Program-made: the position numbers and the translations under genes
DNA from: Rhina ancylostomus
Taxonomy: Eukaryota
Reading direction: 5' to 3'
Assembly: GCA_030265395.1 (NCBI GenBank)
Contig: JARFYF010000054.1
Coordinates: 15,157,360-15,221,359 of the forward strand
Length of the DNA: 64,000 bases
In this document: positions 1 through 12,295 of the stretch, one piece after another
Position numbering within the stretch: position 1 is the stretch's first letter
Layout of the letters: every line of letters starts with the position of its first letter
Notes under the pieces: generated by a model
The model's input: the letters and a program-made list of their open reading frames with translations, nothing else
The model's database searches: none
Told to the model about the DNA's origin: nothing

Positions 1-271
1 TACATTAGAATTAAAGTTTTAAGTGGAATAGTCGATAGGTCTAACTGCATCTGTTACCAGTTACTTAAAAGCATTAATTGATGTATGTGAAATAATATAA
101 CTAATTACTAAAATCCACAGGAGCTGGAATATAACATATAATACTTATTGAAATGGATTACCTTGCTTCTGCATGAGTGTTCTGTACTCTTATTCCTGTT
201 ATTTAAATATATCATTATTCCTTAAGAGAGAAATTTATAAACATGTCTTTTCAATCCATGTCTTGCAACAG

Positions 272-379
272 TGAATGTGATTCAGACACAGACTCTGAAG
301 TTGAAAAACGTGTGGATGGTGTCAAATCCTGGTTGTCAAAAAACAAGGGCTCAGATGATGGAAGCCTAAAAAGCTCAAG
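272..379 (+). CDS. MYO18A: Unconventional myosin-XVIIIa, penultimate coding exon
   Basis: AG acceptor 270-271, GT donor 380-381. Translates (S)[35 protein letters not shown], matching the recalled human MYO18A tail motif [14 protein letters not shown]...SDDGSLKSS. Ends in phase 2 (AG|). Confidence 0.93.
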
Positions 380-761
380 GTTAGTCTAAAATCTGAATTA
401 ATTCAACACATTTTCTATACACTGCTTCAATTCTGAAAAATATACGGTGGTATTCTCACTAATGTTATCTTAAAAGAGGATCAAATTGAATATTATTATC
501 CTACATTAATAATTGCAAACCTAAGATGGCTTTCCAATTTTTTTCTAGTAAATAGAATCAAACTGTTGTTAGGGATTTACTTCCCATTTGACATCCAAAT
601 TGAGCTATCACAAGTACCTACTTCAAAAGCTATTTTTTAGTGTTTTTCCTTTATCTTTTTCTTTAACTGTCCACTACCGTTGTATTTGTTCTGTGCATTC
701 TACTTTATGATTGATTTACTTTGGTTTTCTTTTCCTTTGTTTCCCATCTTCCTGTAATCAG

Positions 762-2145
762 ATTTTCTGTTAGTTTAGACCTGAAAGAAGGGAAGGAAGG
801 AAAGGAATTAAAGGAAGGGAAAGAAGTGGAGGACTCTAGACCTGCTTCTGTAATGAGTTCCCTCAGCTATCGTAAACGAGGGAATATGAAGGATTCTCTC
901 GGTGATAAAAGCAATAATGACTCGCTTCTCTCAACGCTAAGTAAAGAACAGTCAATGTCACCTGAGAGATCATTTCGAAAAGCAAAGAAAACCACCAGTA
1001 CAGACAATTTAAATGACAGCTTTTCTACTACTTCATGGAAAAAATTCCAAGCAGCTGATGACTTAGATGATGGGGGATCTATTATTTCTCAGGCATATTC
1101 AGAGGCTACGAGTAGAGCAAGAAAAGGGTTAGACAGGAGATGGGCCTTGACCAGTCCTGACTTTGACAAAGCTTCTACTGTATCAGTTCCTGTGAGCCGA
1201 GCCTCCACGAGACGAGGTTTGGAAGCTGATGATGATGCTAAATCATCTGTGAGTTTTGCTTTAACCAGTCCTCCATCCAGTTTGAGACGAAGCCTTTCAC
1301 GACTTGATGACAATCGTAGTGATATGTTCAGTCCAGTTAGTCCTTTGCTCAACCGTAGATCAGAATTAGGACTACAAAGCCCAAAACTTAGTCGTATAGA
1401 TACAAGATCATCCATTTCAAGGAGTAGATTGGGTGAGTTGGAAGATGATGATGCTGCACTAAGTGTGGCACTAAGTGAAAGGTCATTATATGGTCAGCAA
1501 TCTGTAGGGCGAAGTTTCAGTGTTCCTCCCAGACCTAGATCATCTGTTTCAGATGAAATGCTACCAGAAAGTTCGGATGTCAAGCCAGTAGGTCACAGGA
1601 CTTACTTGGATCCAGATTTAGAGGCTGCCATTAATGAGGTTCTGGATTATAAACCAATTACATTTAAAAGAAAAAGTCTAGACCCAGAAGCTGATGAGAA
1701 TGAGGAAGAAATAAATAAGCAATCAACCAGTCTTTGGAGATCATCATCCTCATTAGATGTAAGTAAATCCCAAAATAAGAAATACAAAGGCAAGAAAAAT
1801 AGAAGTTCTGATTCTGAGTCGTCCACATCGGAGGAGGACCATCGAAGGAAGGGCTCCAAGAAACACTCTAAAAAGTCTAAGAAAAAATCTAGAAAGAAGG
1901 AAAGTGATTCTGAGTCATCAGAATCATCCGGTTCCTCCACTTCAGGCTCCACAGTCTCGTATCGAAGTATCAATAGTGTCAAAAGAGGTACGAAGAAGAG
2001 AGAAACTTATTCACAAAACGATGATGGTAAAGAAGAGAAAACTGATGAAAATTCTGGAAAGAAAGTGAAGAAAAGTGACAAGAAGAGAATGAAGCAAGTA
2101 GACAGTGTGATGATGAAGTACTTGTACAGACCAGAAAGTGACTAG
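762..2145 (+). CDS. MYO18A: MYO18A alternative terminal exon, long Ser-rich tail (Myo18A-gamma type), 461 aa
   Basis: Pyrimidine tract 725-753 and CAG acceptor ending at 761. AG+A restores the frame of ORF 721..2145 (RFSVSLDLKEG...VDSVMMKYLYRPESD*). Uninterrupted 1.38 kb Ser/Asp/Lys-rich ORF; AATAAA at 2523. Confidence 0.85.
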
Positions 2146-2522
2146 TGAAGTAGGTTTATCTGAATCTGTGTGTGAAATGGACAAAAGATGCATGATTAAT
2201 TTTTAATTAACACTTTCCCTAACAGCTGCTAATATTGAAAAATAAGTAGGTTTATACAGTTATCAATATGTGCTGTAGCAATAATGAAGTGGCATGGGAC
2301 AGAATTGGATTGCACTTTGTGTTAAGTATGAGGCTGAATTCAAATCCAGCTCTTATTCATAGGATGAAAGTCTCCTGTTTCAGATATTGTGACGGTCCTA
2401 GGTTAAATGTGTTGGGACGATTCAATCAATTCCTAATGGGTGTGGGTCTGCAGCAGAGGCCGGACTGTAATTAGACTCCATTGGTAATTACAGAGGCTAC
2501 ATAATGATTAGTGTGTGAAATG

Positions 2523-2528
2523 AATAAA
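2523..2528 (+). terminator. Candidate poly(A) signal for the gamma-type terminal exon
   Basis: First AATAAA seen after the stop at 2145 (about 380 nt downstream). Confidence 0.5.
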
Positions 2529-2759
2529 ATATCTTATCAGTACAGAAGCAGTCAAATTACTGAGTTTGGTGCAGAATAGAGGAAGCTTTATGTTGCAACT
2601 TACTGCTGATACTGGGTAGAAGTAATTTTAACCTAACCGAACATTTATTTTTATTGTCAAGTGAAGTGTGAACAAAACTGGGTGGGAGGCAATGACATAA
2701 GTTCCCCCCTAAAAAAGGGGAAAAGTGAAGGCAGTCAGCAGGCCAAGCCACGTTGGTTG

Positions 2760-3270
2760 ATGTTTTTAAGTAAAGGAATTGGAAAAAGTGAGAAAACAAG
2801 CAGGTTTAAAGTTGGAAAAAGGATGGTGGAGATAAGAGGGATTAGGATGTAGAGAAAAGTTGTAAAGGGACCAACAACTTTAAGAACCTGCAGTTGCATA
2901 CAAAAGAGAAAATAAGGAAATGCATTGAAACAGAAAGATATAGCCTCATGTGGGAGAGAGGGACAAAAGATGCCCTGGATGGTGGTAGGAAAGAGGTAGA
3001 AGGGAAAGTGGTGTTTCACTTCTGGTTGCTTAGGAAACTTTTATGAGAAGGGGAGTTGTTGGTGGAGATCAAAGTGTGCACTAGGAGTTGTGAATGGTAT
3101 GGTCTTTTTAGAATGTTGAAGGGGAAGAGAAGGGAGGGAAAAATGTGTCTTATGAAATCCTGTTAAAGGTGGTGGAATTTATAGAGGATGATCCACTGAA
3201 TGTGGAGATTTTTAGGTGAGGATGAGAGGAACCTTGTCATTCTTCTGGATAGGAGGTGAGTGGTAAGAGC
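2760..3270 (-). mobile_element. Decayed Penelope-like element internal fragment
   Basis: Reverse complement of ~3130-3240 (ctccacattcagtggatcatcctctataaattccaccacct) aligns by eye with the Penelope ORF remnant at 28325-28445 (ctccatattcaatggatcatcctccataaccaccatcacct). Confidence 0.55.
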
Positions 3271-4058
3271 ACTTTTTTTCTGTCCATCGGGATAGGTTAA
3301 TATTAGCCCTGGGATTCTGAAATGAGCAACTATTTCCTGGCACTTTTATTCCTCATCTTAACGAATGTATAAAAAAATGCATGTTTTATGTTATGCTGAA
3401 GCAACTTTAAACTGTCTTCAGTAGTATTAACATCCTTCACATTAAATACTAAATGTGTGTGCTGAATATTTTGTCCAATTTCCTTGATGTGAAAGTTACT
3501 ATTTGTAATTTTTATTATTCCTCACACCTTTACGTATTTAGTATTGAGCCTGCGTATTTTGTCTTGCACAAGAGGGAGGTAGGGAATTAAAGGATTACTA
3601 TTTATGATTCTATTGTCCCAAAGATGCAGATGTTGCACAAGTTCTTTTTCAACCAGCCCTGAACCCTTATTTCATAATATACCAGATTTTATGTCAATGC
3701 AATTGGGAAATTATGCAGTAATAGTTGTTATGATTAACAATACTCAACAACAATTTGCAAAATTACTGGTGGCTGGTATATTTGCCTCAAAATGCCTGTA
3801 ACCAAGCTTTCTTACCTCTGGCAAGTGAGTAATATCTGTAGCATGAGGCTAGTTGGACATCACTGCACAGTGAATATGTTTCAGTCTGCAGAAAAAGAAA
3901 GCTGAAAGCAGCTCTCTTAATACTTAAAAGTAGAATTAGTGCTAACTTTTAGTAATTAGTTTGGTAATTGTTAGCCCAACATTGCATTAAATTTCTGATA
4001 GAGAAATTAACAGAAACTAATCCAGTAACTGGTTTTTATAAATAAAACAACAAAATGA

Positions 4059-4602
4059 GAGTAGAACTCCAATAAACTGGCATCATATTTTTCTGAAATC
4101 TTGATGGTCAGGCTCACTCACTCAGGCCAGAATGTGAGCTGAGGGTCCAGAGTGCTAGTGAGGTGTGCCATCAGATCAGGGGTCTAGAATGCAGCCAGGT
4201 TTGGGGGNNNNNNNNNNNNNNNNNNNNNNNNNNNNNNNNNNNNNNNNNNNNNNNNNNNNNNNNNNNNNNNNNNNNNNNNNNNNNNNNNNNNNNNNNNNNN
4301 NNNNNNNAATGCAGCCAGGTTTGGGGGGAACCAGACTCTGAGCTGGGTGTGCAGTCAGAGCCAGAGCTGCAGTCCAGAACACCAGAGGTAAGGAACCTGG
4401 AGCCAGGGCTGGAGTGCTTGTATATTTTCTGCTCCTCTTCAATTCACTGGGTTCACTAGAAAATGTATTATACTACTTTGCAGCATGTTAAAAATGTGAA
4501 GTAAATGTTTATGTATTAATAGAAGTAACATCCAATAATTTGGAAAATCTGCTACTCCAGCACCGCCAAAGTCCCAGGGGTGCTAGATTATCAGTTTTAC
4601 TG
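4059..4602. mobile_element. MITE-like DNA transposon relic (Tc1/mariner-pogo/Tigger-like termini)
   Basis: Left end gagtagaactccaataaactggcatc and right end ggtgctagattatcagttttactg are imperfect inverted repeats of the CAGTAAAACT type. The GC-rich interior spans a 100-N gap. Confidence 0.5.
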
Positions 4603-4874
4603 CATATGCATTTTTGTCATTTTATAACCTCTTCAAAAACTATTAAACATTTGATACTTACTGTAAATTGAATGCACATTTTAAAGCTGAGACTACATCA
4701 AAACTGCAGAGTTTTAGCAAAAATGAACCCAAGGAAGGAAGGTGGACTCAGCTTTGTGTTCCGTCAAAACTCAGATATTTTGTACTAATGATACATTTAT
4801 AAATATTGCATCAATAGTCTTTATCCTCCTGTGTGACAAAGTAATTAAACTTCGCACCCCCATCTGTTTCACAG

Positions 4875-5022
4875 TCCTCCTTTGTATCGTCGACACATGA
4901 CTGTTATTGATTCTGACGATGAGATGGATGGTGAGGAAGACTACTTAAAATCCAAGAGGGCAACAAGACGACCACTAAGCAATAGCGATAATGACAGCAA
5001 AATTGTGGAATCAAATGCATAG
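4875..5022 (+). CDS. MYO18A: MYO18A canonical terminal coding exon
   Basis: tttcacAG acceptor ending at 4874. AG+T gives SPPLYRRHMTVIDSDDEMDGEEDYLKSKRATRRPLSNSDNDSKIVESNA*, similar to the recalled human ending SPTSYW...SDSDTEAKLTETNA*. Confidence 0.9.
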
Positions 5023-6844
5023 CAACAATCATGGTTCTTCAACAACAGTTCATACTAACTAAAAAAAGTACAGCAAATGACATTTGAATTCTTGGGATTA
5101 TACTTCAGTGTTAAACTGTAAAAGTGGTTAAAAACTGAAGCAGGCTGAATGAAGTATGAGTATAATTTTGGTAATAAGTTTGCATGATTTTAATAGACTG
5201 CATTTACTTGAAATTTAATTTGGTGAACTGAGATTGGTATTTCTTACAAGTATGGATGCTGCTGCTTTCATTTGAATATTTTGGAAGCTTGAGATACATG
5301 GGTTTATTTTTGTCTCCCTATTGCTTTGGCTGAATTTTCTCACAATTGCCTGCTTTCAAATTCTAATTTAAACTTGTCATCTCTGGTTGGATTTAGGGTG
5401 CCACTTGAGGTTTACATGTAATTATTATTACCTAAGCCAAAGATTAGTTTTTCTTATTTAGCTGTGGTAAACTGGAAACACAATCTAAAATAATAGCAAA
5501 ACAAAACTATTGGCTTCAGACTTTTTTTCCTTTGAGGTGTGTGTGCATANNNNNNNNNNNNNNNNNNNNNNNNNNNNNNNNNNNNNNNNNNNNNNNNNNN
5601 NNNNNNNNNNNNNNNNNNNNNNNNNNNNNNNNNNNNNNNNNNNNNNNNNGTGTGCATATGTTAATAGTTTTTGAAAAAGAACACATTTTGTGTGAGTAGT
5701 TTGTTGATACCTATACTCTTACACATTCTGTTTATCTTATGATTTGAAACTCAAAACAGTCAGATGCAGTTGATACCGTACATCTCACAATATACACTGA
5801 CACAAATACAATTAATAACTATTTGTATATTTAATCTTCAATAATTAAGGTATATTTCCAGGTGATCAGAAAGTAATTATGAAAGCACTGGAAAGATAAA
5901 TGCCTTTTTAAAGCAATTGTTGAGTTCCAATAATGTATATTTTACCTCATTGTCCTGCATGTTTAACATGAGGAAAATAATGCACAATGCCAAAATGTAA
6001 TAAATAACATCTTTTGATCCCAATTAAATCATTGTATAATTTGGATCAAATTTGATATGATATCCACAAACGATGGCTTGGGGGGAAATGGATGTTATAA
6101 ATTCAAATAGGTGTGTTTCTTAAAACCCATACCTGCCTCATCTCTTCAAAGGATGGCAAATCACTTCATTATGCCTGTTCTCTTTGATTTTTGGGTATCT
6201 TGTACATAAGATCACTCCTTGTAGTATTATTGTTCATCAATTCAATTTAGTGACCATTGAAATCAAGGTTGGAGCTTTGATACATTCTAGGAAATAATAC
6301 CATCTTTATATATTGACTCAGTTTTCATAAATTTGCATGGATTGTTTAAATGATTGTCTAGATTACAGACACTTCTGTATAAAGCCAACTGCAAGTACTA
6401 TTCTGATTACTTTTCTTAAATGGTCAGTGACTCATTATGCCGTAAGTATTGGATATGAAAATCTTATCTAACTGTGCACTTTTCAAGAATGCAGTCTATG
6501 TGCATCTTTAGTTAGTACAGATAATAGCAAACAGATTGCAGTGCTGCGAGGTTTAGTAATACTTGTACTGAAATCTTATTAAACGGTACTATTTGATTCA
6601 CAATCAAAATGTAGCACTGATGTACAAAATCCTGTTATGCGATTAATTTTCAAATTGAATTGTTATGATAAAAGGAGTTGTGTAGTTCTGGCTTCAAAGT
6701 TTTCTCTTATAGTTTAAAGGAAACAGATTACCAGAGGAACAGATGTGTAAGATGAGGATCAATTTAAATTGCTTTGAAAGATAGCAAACATCAGAAAACC
6801 ATACTGTCCTCAATTGTGTATTTTTTTGACTATTTATGTTTCAA

Positions 6845-6850
6845 AATAAA
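6845..6850 (+). terminator. Candidate poly(A) signal of the long MYO18A 3' UTR
   Basis: AATAAA followed by T/GT-rich sequence at the end of a repeat-free AT-rich tract (5023-7200). An alternative AATAAA lies at 5999. Confidence 0.45.
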
Positions 6851-8337
6851 CTTTTTGGTTGCCTTTAGAGGTTCCAAGATTAGTGTTTTTTTTACTATAA
6901 TGTACTATGTTTTTCAAAGAAGGGAAATTACTTAAATCTTTTATATTGCAAAGATGCATTTATCTCATTTACATTATTCTTTTCATTTGGTCTCTCTTAG
7001 ACTGCATAATTTATGGAACTTGTCACAGAAAGCAGGGGTCCTCATTTCTTAACCAGACTTTATGCAGTAAGTTATACTGGAAGTGTTAACTTGAACTTAA
7101 TTCATTGGTGAAAACCAGTGGTTTAGTGTGAAGAAGCTACTAATTGAATAGTGTGAAACTTATTTTGAGATTAAACAACTCTATGAATTTTTACAAAAAA
7201 TTAAATGTCATTTATAAAATGACACCAATGTCCAGATCCAAAATATTAGGAATTCCTTAATTTTTTTTTAAAATCTGGTAAAGGTTACATTAACAGATTA
7301 TCTATTTCTGAAACAAAAATTAAAAACAATGAGGTTACAGGTATCAATTTAGATTGTCTATTGATATTTTGTAAAACTACAAGATTGTAGCTATTAAATA
7401 ATTTGTTTCTCATCAGTACAGTAATAATAGCAATTACATACGTGTTTACTTCTGCAATTAATAGTGACAATTGGAAAACTTCAGATTTCCCTTGACTATC
7501 ACTGTTTTCTTTCAAATGGTACGGATTGATTTCCCCCAATTTGTAATTCAATAGAAAACAATTAGGAATACTGAAATGACATTAAACTACCTAAACCAGG
7601 ACCCTATACATTTCCATTCATTCAGTACAATTTTTTGTAGGCTTATAAAATTCCCTTAATCTTCAACTGTAGTCAGTTGGCCCAGGAATGAGATGTTCAC
7701 CCATCAAGTGAAAGGTAAAAACTGAGAAATAATTCATTAAAATACACCTTTGTGAATTGCTCAAACAGCATTAGCTCAACGTCAGGTTATTTGCTTGGCA
7801 TCTTGAATGAGGATGGGTATAGTTGAAGTAGGAATATTCATCAAACTTATCAGTTGTGATTCCCATCAGTAAATAGCATTAAATGAGATAGTTTTGCGAT
7901 TCTTGGTATGGGACTGCAAACTGAAATGCAAACTCCTGCTCCATTGATTATCCTTTGATATCTTGTTTCAAGAAAATGTGAATTGCTTTTGAAGTGCAGG
8001 CTCTACTGTGCAAATTTTGTAGTGGCTATTTTATGCCTAAGCAGTACCCCTGAATAGCTGTGATCCTAATGTTTACTTTTTTTGAGAAGGGTACATTGCC
8101 TGAATGAATACAAATATGCCACAGAGCTTTTAGTATCCACTTGACCAGATAGCCTTTATCTCATTTCAGAACTCAACTAATTGTTAGCACACTTTCAGGT
8201 CTTTTCTTATGCCAAGTTCACCTAAAACCACGAGCAAAACCCACCATTCTCATTTATATGCCTTTTTGTTTTAATAAGGAACCAATTACTGGTCAAATAT
8301 AATCAAAGTAAATTGTTCAACTGGAGATCATTCAGAA

Positions 8338-8963
8338 ACAAAAAATGCAGCAAAAACTCAGCAGGTCAGGCAACATCTGGAAAGAGAAACCGAGTCAAAG
8401 CTTCAGAATGAACAGCCTTTGTTGGAACTAGGAAAGAGGAATAGGGTTAGTTTTAAATTGAAAAGAAGATGGAGAGGAATGGATAGGATANNNNNNNNNN
8501 NNNNNNNNNNNNNNNNNNNNNNNNNNNNNNNNNNNNNNNNNNNNNNNNNNNNNNNNNNNNNNNNNNNNNNNNNNNNNNNNNNNNNNNNNNGATAGGATAC
8601 GGTAACATCTGTCAGGAGGTTGAAGTCAGGATTTCTGCTAGGCTGTGTTTTTAATGAAGGAGTGAGAGGATGACAAGGAAATGCAATGTGTTATGACTCT
8701 CTAACAATTCCAATAGCAACTCTTCCTCACAGTAACCCTAGCCCCAACCTATCACAAATATTCCTTGACCTATTGATCCCTTTCCCCAACCTTGTTGGCA
8801 ACTTAAAACTAACTTCTCTCTCTTACCCAGTTCTGATGAAAGATTTTTCATCTGAAACATTAATTTTGATTTTCTTTTCACAGATGAGTTTTGACTGTGT
8901 TTTCAGAATGTTTGTTTGTTTCCAATTTCCAGTATCTACAGTTTTTATTTAATTTTCATTTAG
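8338..8963. mobile_element. Penelope-derived fold-back element with 16-bp TSD
   Basis: Inverted element 3' ends on both sides. Exact direct repeat tggagatcattcagaa at 8322-8337 and 8964-8979. Confidence 0.75.
8829..8864 (+). ncRNA. Minimal type-I hammerhead ribozyme-like motif
   Basis: CTGATGA (8833-8839), A, AGAT[TTTTC]ATCT stem II, GAAA (8854-8857), CA-TTA. Core nucleotides intact; stems I and III weak. Confidence 0.5.
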
Positions 8964-10129
8964 TGGAGATCATTCAGAATTCTTTTCTGAATTGCAGACT
9001 CCATTTCCCAAGGTTTATATATCTTTGACAAGTAGAGAGTTGCTTGTATGGTGGGTAGGAGAAGATGTTCCATCTTGATTTATCATTAACAGTGATGATG
9101 AGATTCTATTTCTGGAGAATTGTATCCTATTTTTCATCCTGTGAGAGATGACACTTGTCAGGTAAGTGATAAAGGATGTTTCAGGACACACCTTGTAGAG
9201 CACTTTTTATATCTGTGTGTAATCAAACAAATATAGAAAGATATCTAATCCAAATGACTTTTTTTCTGTTTTTGGATGACTCCTCCACCACACATACAAT
9301 GTTTACAAGCCTGGATTGTCAAAGAGATCAATATTCTGGGTAATAGCGCCACATAACCAAAATAGGTCTTCCATATAGTCACAAAGACCTAAAATACATA
9401 GCTGCGCTTACATTTTCCTGCTGAGAAAAAAAGTTTCCATAGTGGTGCCTAACGATGCCAAGTTAAAACAGCCTTTTGAATCCTATGTTTATCAGGTTGA
9501 AAACGTAATCCATGAAGGTAAGGTTTTTTTAATATAAACTAATAATGATTGTAGGAATTAGATAAATTAGCTATTATGCAACTTAAATATTGAAGAAAAA
9601 CAAATGAGAATTTATGATATCCAGTATTGCTGTCTGTCCTTGTACTACCTCATATGGAAATTATTCTCTTAATTGTCATGTCAGAATACATTTTTATTCT
9701 ATATGTCTGCAACTTAAAATGAGCTCAAACTTCAATTTCCCTTGTGGTGAATCTTAATGCCCCAGCAGCAGCCCTGTCAAAAATAATTCTTTGTACTGCC
9801 GTTTTGGTGATGGCATAATTTACCCAAGTCATATTCTATTAGAGAGGAAAGTCCCCGAATGTCTGTATGTTATTCTTATTTCCTGTGAGATGGGTAGATT
9901 TAGTCTTTTACTAGAATTAATTATTTTGATTAAAAGAGATTTGTATATTTTGTATTGAATGTTTAGTTCATTGTTAGCTTAACCAAAAGGCTACAGTCAT
10001 CCAGGGTTTTTTATTGGATGGGATAATATAGAAAAAATGCACAGGTTTTTAAATATGCTTTAGTGAATGTGCTCAAATTTAATGACATTAAAATAAGGAG
10101 TGGTAGCAAAGTGCTTACAATAGTAAATT

Positions 10130-10460
10130 GGTAATAATACTGGCAGACTGGAGCTAGGAATTCAAATCCCACCACAAGTGGCTGGAGAAATTAATTCTGT
10201 TAATCAAGTAAATTTGGAATTTATTTTCTAATGGCAAAACTGCCTTAAGCAAGGAAACCTGCCATCCTTACCTGGTCTCATCTCTGACTCCAGATCTGCA
10301 AGTTGACTCAATTGCCCTCAAAGGGTTTTGCGCCTACCTGCCATTATAAATTCACTGTGAGAAAAGGTAATAGTTTGACAGTGTAGCTCACAATCACATT
10401 CTCAAAGGCGATGAAATGTTGGCTTTGCTAGCAATGCCCACGTCCCAAGAGAATAAAAAT
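10130..10460 (+). mobile_element. Decayed tRNA-derived SINE
   Basis: B-box-like aattcaaatcccacc, body aaggaaacctgccatccttacctggtc, and a 3' tail (aaatgttggctttgctagcaatgcccacgtccc...aataaaa) shared with the LINE end at ~13530-13565. Confidence 0.55.
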
Positions 10461-11009
10461 AAACATTATGATAAATGGATGCTCTGGAGCAAAGCAAATC
10501 ACTCACACAAGTCCTTTCTTGGATCAAACAGAAATGTATTTATTCNNNNNNNNNNNNNNNNNNNNNNNNNNNNNNNNNNNNNNNNNNNNNNNNNNNNNNN
10601 NNNNNNNNNNNNNNNNNNNNNNNNNNNNNNNNNNNNNNNNNNNNNTCTTGGATCAAACAGAAATGTAATTATTCATTTCATCTTTCATCCAGAGGAGAGA
10701 AAGGGACCCAATCGCTTTATATGTGTGATCTGCATCCACTCTCCGATTATGAAAATATCATGCTTTGTAGGTGTTGTTGTACTTAATCTCCAAAATATAG
10801 CACCAGAATTTCAGTTATCACCTCTTAATCAATCTGAAACAAAAAGATACATGACCAGTTACTTTTGAGATTTTCCCCATGTTACCATTATGTACCTTGG
10901 AGACCCTTGCCTCTGATCAATATCTGCATGGTCTCCAAAGCATCCTGTCGACTCATGTAATGCCTGATTACTGACTACATCTCTTCAGAGACCATTTGTG
11001 CACAGGCTT

Positions 11010-11108
11010 GGAGACATAAGAGACTGCTGGAGGAACTCAGCGAGGTAAGCAGCATCTGTGGGAGGGAAAGTAATTGTCGACAGTTTGGGTTGGAACCCTG
11101 CATCAGTA
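11010..11108 (-). mobile_element. Short Penelope-derived 3'-end insertion with TSD
   Basis: gctggaggaactcagc...gcagcatctgtgg motif and a degenerate hammerhead on the - strand. Flanked by cacaggctt at 11001-11009 and 11109-11117. Confidence 0.7.
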
Positions 11109-11351
11109 CACAGGCTTATTGTTCCTAGCCACATTTTAACTGGTGACCAACAGCCTTGCCACTTCTGCCTGGGATTACCTATCTAAAGACAGGCTCATTA
11201 TTTCTTTTCTGCAGTCTTTTAGGCACCTTACATCCAGGAAACAGGCCCATTATCCAAAAGCCTTTATGATCTGACAGAACATAACATATACTACTGACTC
11301 CAAATATATCACCTGAGGCATACATCTGCTTGTGCTAACCTAGGTCCCCAA

Positions 11352-11915
11352 ATACAGCACAGAAACAAGCCCTTTGGCCCAATTGGTCCATGCCAACCAA
11401 GATTCCCAGCTCAGCTAGTCATATTTGCCCATGTTTGGCCCCTATCCTTCTGAACCTTTCTTATCCATGTACCTGTCCAGGTGTTCTTTAAGTGTTGTTT
11501 TTGTAACTGCCTCAACCACTTCCTCTGGCAGCTTATTCCATACACGTACCACTCTCTGTTTAAAAAAAAGTTGCCCTTCTTTCCCCTTAAACCTATGCCC
11601 TCTACTTCTTGGTTCTTCAACCCTAACAAAGAGACTGTGTGTACTCACCCTATCTATGTCCCTCATGATTTTGTACACCTCTATAAAGATCACCCCTCAT
11701 TCCAATGAATAAAGTACTAGCCTGCTCAACCTGTTTTGATAACTCAGTCCCTCAAGTCCTGGCAGCATCCTTGCGAATCTTTTCTGTACTCTTTCCAATA
11801 ACAGGGTGACCAAAACTGAACCCAATATTCCAAATTTAGTCTCATCAATGTCTTGTACAATTTGCAACATCCTAATTTCTATACTCAATGCCCTGACTGA
11901 TGAAGCCCAGCATCA
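11352..11915 (-). mobile_element. CR1-clade (HER1-like) LINE, 5'-truncated
   Basis: ORF2 C-terminal remnants ERVQKRFARMLPGL, EVYKIMRDIDRV...RGHRFK and FFKQRVVRVWNKLPEEVVEA. Confidence 0.9.
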
Positions 11916-11949
11916 TGAGAGGGCACAAAAAATTGCAATAAATTGGTAT

Positions 11950-12295
11950 TTTTGGCAGTGCTGATTCCTCAGAACTTGGTGTACCTGGGTTTGATCCTGA
12001 TCTCAGGTGCTGTGTGTGGAGTTTACACATTCTCCCAATAACTGCATGGTTTCCACCAATTACTCTGGCTTCCTCCCACATCCCACTGACATGCAGGTGG
12101 ATTAATTGCCAATTGTAAATTATCCCTTGATGTGGATAAATTGCGAGAACCAAAGAGGTGTTGCTCAGTATGCAAGAGAGAATGAGTTGCAGGGCTATGA
12201 GGGAAAAGAATAGGGAAATAGGACTAATGGGATGATCCTGCAGGGAACCAGCATGGACTCATGGGCTGAATGGCCTCCTAAACTGTAATAAATAA
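11950..12295 (+). mobile_element. V-SINE (HE1-like) tRNA-derived SINE
   Basis: cctgggtttgatcctga B-box, V-domain tgtgtggagtttacacattctccc...ttcctcccacatccc, and CR1-type tail gggctgaatggcctcct. Confidence 0.75.

Noticed and set aside
721-761. Start of the 474-aa ORF as a standalone gene
   Set aside because: It begins at TTG within a polypyrimidine tract; the real entry is the splice acceptor at 760-761.
1089-2193. Antisense ORFs over the MYO18A gamma exon
   Set aside because: Shadow frames of a low-complexity coding exon with no recognisable protein features.
4188-4327. Direct repeats flanking 100-N gaps (also ~10517/10646 and ~41513/41663)
   Set aside because: Most likely unmerged contig overlaps; they cannot be called tandem repeats or CRISPR-like arrays.
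5020-5060. Stop-codon readthrough at MYO18A TAG-CAA
   Set aside because: Context CAA CAA does not fit CARYYA; the extension would be only about 12 residues.
11950-12020. tRNA gene-like A/B boxes (also ~14420-14470)
   Set aside because: SINE heads; no cloverleaf can be formed.
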